Shown piece by piece: positions 61,180 through 64,000 of a DNA stretch of 64,000 bases. The position numbers and the translations under genes were made by a program. The notes under the pieces are model-generated. The model was not told the DNA's origin. It worked only from the letters and a program-made list of their open reading frames with translations, and made no database searches. The stretch's first letter is position 1. Each line of letters begins with the position of its first letter. Source of the DNA: Hydrolagus affinis (Eukaryota); contig JAAILG010000140.1 of NCBI GenBank assembly GCA_012026655.1, positions 62,001 through 126,000 on the forward strand, written 5' to 3'.

Positions 61180-61296
61180 GTGTATTTCACCCACAAAATA
61201 TGCAGTCAATTCACTTTACAGTATATTCTGTGATGCGCTATGAGATATCTTGAAGACGTGATAAGTCGCTATATGAAAATCAAGAATTATTATTAT
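61180..61296 (+). mobile_element. SINE 3' fragment
   Basis: CCCACAAAATATGCAGTCAATTCACTTTACAGTATATTCTG...GAATTATTATT. Confidence 0.85.
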
Positions 61297-63429
61297 CATC
61301 CTTATATATGTTGGAAATGCAATTCTGCGAAAAACAATATCTGTTTTAAGGCATTATGCAGAGAATCATTTACCATTTTCCGTCTTGAAACATGAATTTG
61401 GTATTCGGATTAATGTAACCCAATTATGGGCTACTTATGAAATGCTTTATTGAGCTGATGAATTGTTTATCTTTGTTCAAAGAGTTGCCATTAGAAAGCT
61501 GCCTTTTGAGTTCTGTTTTTGTTTGATAATGTGCAGAATGTGAATGGGCATACAAATTGGTAAATTAGGATAAATGCAGAGAATAGTGTGGTTAATAACG
61601 ATCCATGATGCAATCATTCTGTAACTGATGCTGCCTGAGCACTGGTGGTAACTGCAGAAGGCGATGTAGCTTTCTTTTAAACCTGAACATAACATCTCCT
61701 AAGAATCGAGATAAATGCAATTATGTACATTTCAAAATCAAAATGAAGTTGCATATTACGCCTGGAAAGTCGATGATGTGGTGAGATGGTTTAGTGCTGT
61801 AATCTTTGACTGGTCTTTACTTTGGGAATGGAGTAATACCGGTATGTTCACTGCAATGAAACCAAATAGTATTAATAATTCATTTTAATACTAAACATAG
61901 TCATCTTTATCCCATGGAATGTCTGTCTGGAAAAACATAGGTAAACCACTAACCAAGAAAAGTTTCTGTGTTAACCTTTGCTCATTGCTGAGAGTAGTTA
62001 TCTTTTGTTGTGTTTGGATGAATGTACTTGTGTTAAGTAGAATTACATATTTCATTGATTGAAAATCAGCTTGTCTTAAAAGAAACTTAAGACGTTACAT
62101 GTCAACAAGTTTCTTCATTCTACTGTAAAAGAAAACTTCTCTGCTTCCGCAATTAGAGGCTCTTAGATGAAGACCAGTTGAAAATTCTGAATAGTACCTG
62201 TACATTAAATACTATGCAGACTTTCATCCCCTTGAGCACTGGAATCCATTTCCCCACCTTCTAGCCCACATTATTTTCTAACGCTCAATATTAACAGGGG
62301 AAATGTACCATTTTTTAAAAAAAAACTTGGCAAGGTTGTGTCAGTAAACTACTTAAACTTCACACTGGTGAGAAATGTGTCCAACCTCAGGAGCAGTAAC
62401 TTTAGTGGAATGTGCTAGGAATGGGGGTTCCTATAAATGTAGCAATACTTGGTATTAATTAGCACATGTGTTAAGTACCATGCAAAAAAATATTGTGCAG
62501 TACTCAGATTTCAAATTAATTGATTCCTAAATTTGTTAAAATATAACCCATAAACATTCTACGCTTATAAATTCACGATTGGGAAAGGCATTCCCTTCAG
62601 TAGTAGCAAATAGAGAGCTTAGCACTGCAGTATTCCTGAAGTCCCTTCTTTTCGCCCCCTTCATTAGGAAGCTGTTGATGGGAGCTGTCATTTGGCAGCT
62701 GAAAAGCCCATAGCTCACAGACAATCCACCTGGTTTGGCAGAAGGCTGAGCCGGGCTCCCAGCACACAGAGCTTGCTCCAGCTCTTTGATGTAAGAACGG
62801 AGGCCTGACAAACCTTGTGACAGGTTTGTCCAGGGGGCTTACAGAGCAACATCAGAGAACATGAAAGTGGGTTGCCATAATTAATCATCAATCACACAAA
62901 ATAAACTTCATCCACCGCTCACATCAGCTTATGAGTATGTAATAATTTTGGATTATTAGTGCAAAATTATTGCTGTCATGTGTTAAGGGCTTACAAGTGA
63001 TGTATTCGGTATTTTACTAGACTCTTTAAGTGTTTGTTTCAAGTAACTGCTTTGTATCTAATGCATAACCCAAATCCTATCTTTTTCCCTTGGTGCTTAG
63101 AAAAAGGGGCGTACGATAAATAATAATTGTGGGGAAATAAAAGTAGTCTGTCATTCATTTTAAGAATAGGCTATGCTATTTTGTGACGCAATTGTATCAA
63201 GTGCATTGGGTTGCTCTTTTCATTTGCTTACCATATTTGTTCCTTGCCCTTATTGCTCTGACTTGCTCATTTACACCAATTCCTTTGTTATTATTTATAT
63301 ACAGTTTGTTTCCTCTTCCTTACTACATCATCCAAGTCACTGCCCTTGAAGTTTAAGCAGTGTATTGAAGCAACATTGTTCAATGAGAAATTTTGTTCAT
63401 TTCCCTTTTAATATTTTGTATCGATGCAT

Positions 63430-63493
63430 ATTACAGTAAATCTTGTGAAGCACTTTGAGGTGCTGATAAAGAACTATATCAAGTGCAAGGATT
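63430..63493 (+). mobile_element. SINE tail fragment
   Basis: TGTGAAGCACTTTGAGG...ACTATATCAAGTGCAAGGATT. Confidence 0.7.
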
Positions 63494-64000
63494 TTGTCAA
63501 TATTTCACTCATCATGCAATTGCAATTGTGCTCTGTTCATCATGTAATTACAGTATACAACCTTGGATAAATACACTTGAGGTACTTTACACCACTCCTA
63601 CCTTGACTGTTTGACTGTTTAGATCAGAAAAGGCAGGCAGTGCATTAACTGAGTCTGCAGTAATGTAATACGCTCAGAATTCGTAACAGCAAAAAAAATG
63701 TTTAAAACCCAGTGACCTAGATAAGCAAGCAGAGTTCTGTGACCAAAGGAAAAGTGCTGTCTTGAGAAAATGCAGAATATTCAAGAGTTTTATGCTCAAA
63801 CTAATTGATTTTTATCATTCTTTCTCCACCCTTTAAAATGTAACTCTTTCAAAATGGATAGTTCCACTTACCGTACAGCGAACCTTTAACTTTAAAGAAA
63901 TGTAACATTTTGTCACCAGATGTGAAAGTACCAGATGTATTTGGTCTCCAATACACGGGAGACCAAGATTTTAGTTTGTTTTAAATTCATTTTCTTCCCC

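Noticed and set aside
1-64000. Prokaryote-style systems (operons, CRISPR arrays, defence islands) or an intact autonomous element
   Set aside because: Sequence is vertebrate non-coding DNA with no long ORF, regularly spaced repeat array or LTR pair

Overview
AT-rich, CpG-depleted vertebrate genomic DNA. It is most likely from a cartilaginous fish (possibly a chimaera); this is inferred only from the repeat content: shark-type CR1 3' end, DeuSINE-type SINEs and L2 LINEs. The window has no complete gene. Nearly all ORFs in the supplied track are chance ORFs or LINE/SINE remnants. The only credible gene feature is a CpG-enriched, microsatellite-flanked promoter at about 42.5-44.8 kb. It contains a TISU/YY1-type start (GAAGATGGCGGCG) followed directly by a GTAAGT donor, i.e. 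a 3-codon first coding exon (Met-Ala-Ala) of an unidentified + strand gene whose first intron appears to run past the window end. The rest is a mosaic of: (i) an abundant tRNA-headed SINE with a Deu-type core and an L2-type tail (5 near-full copies, many truncated); (ii) two L2 LINE families; (iii) CR1 remnants; (iv) older Deu-type and LF-SINE-like relics; (v) one intact 214-bp Tc1/mariner(pogo)-type MITE; and (vi) repeat-free, TAAT/CpG-retaining blocks that resemble conserved non-coding enhancers. I see no evidence of a wholly new multi-gene system. The most notable signals are an apparent ~3-fold excess of TACAGTA/TACTGTA heptamers matching the excision footprint of the resident MITE, an evolutionary series of SINEs sharing the L2 tail, several nested insertions, and small local duplications and palindromes.
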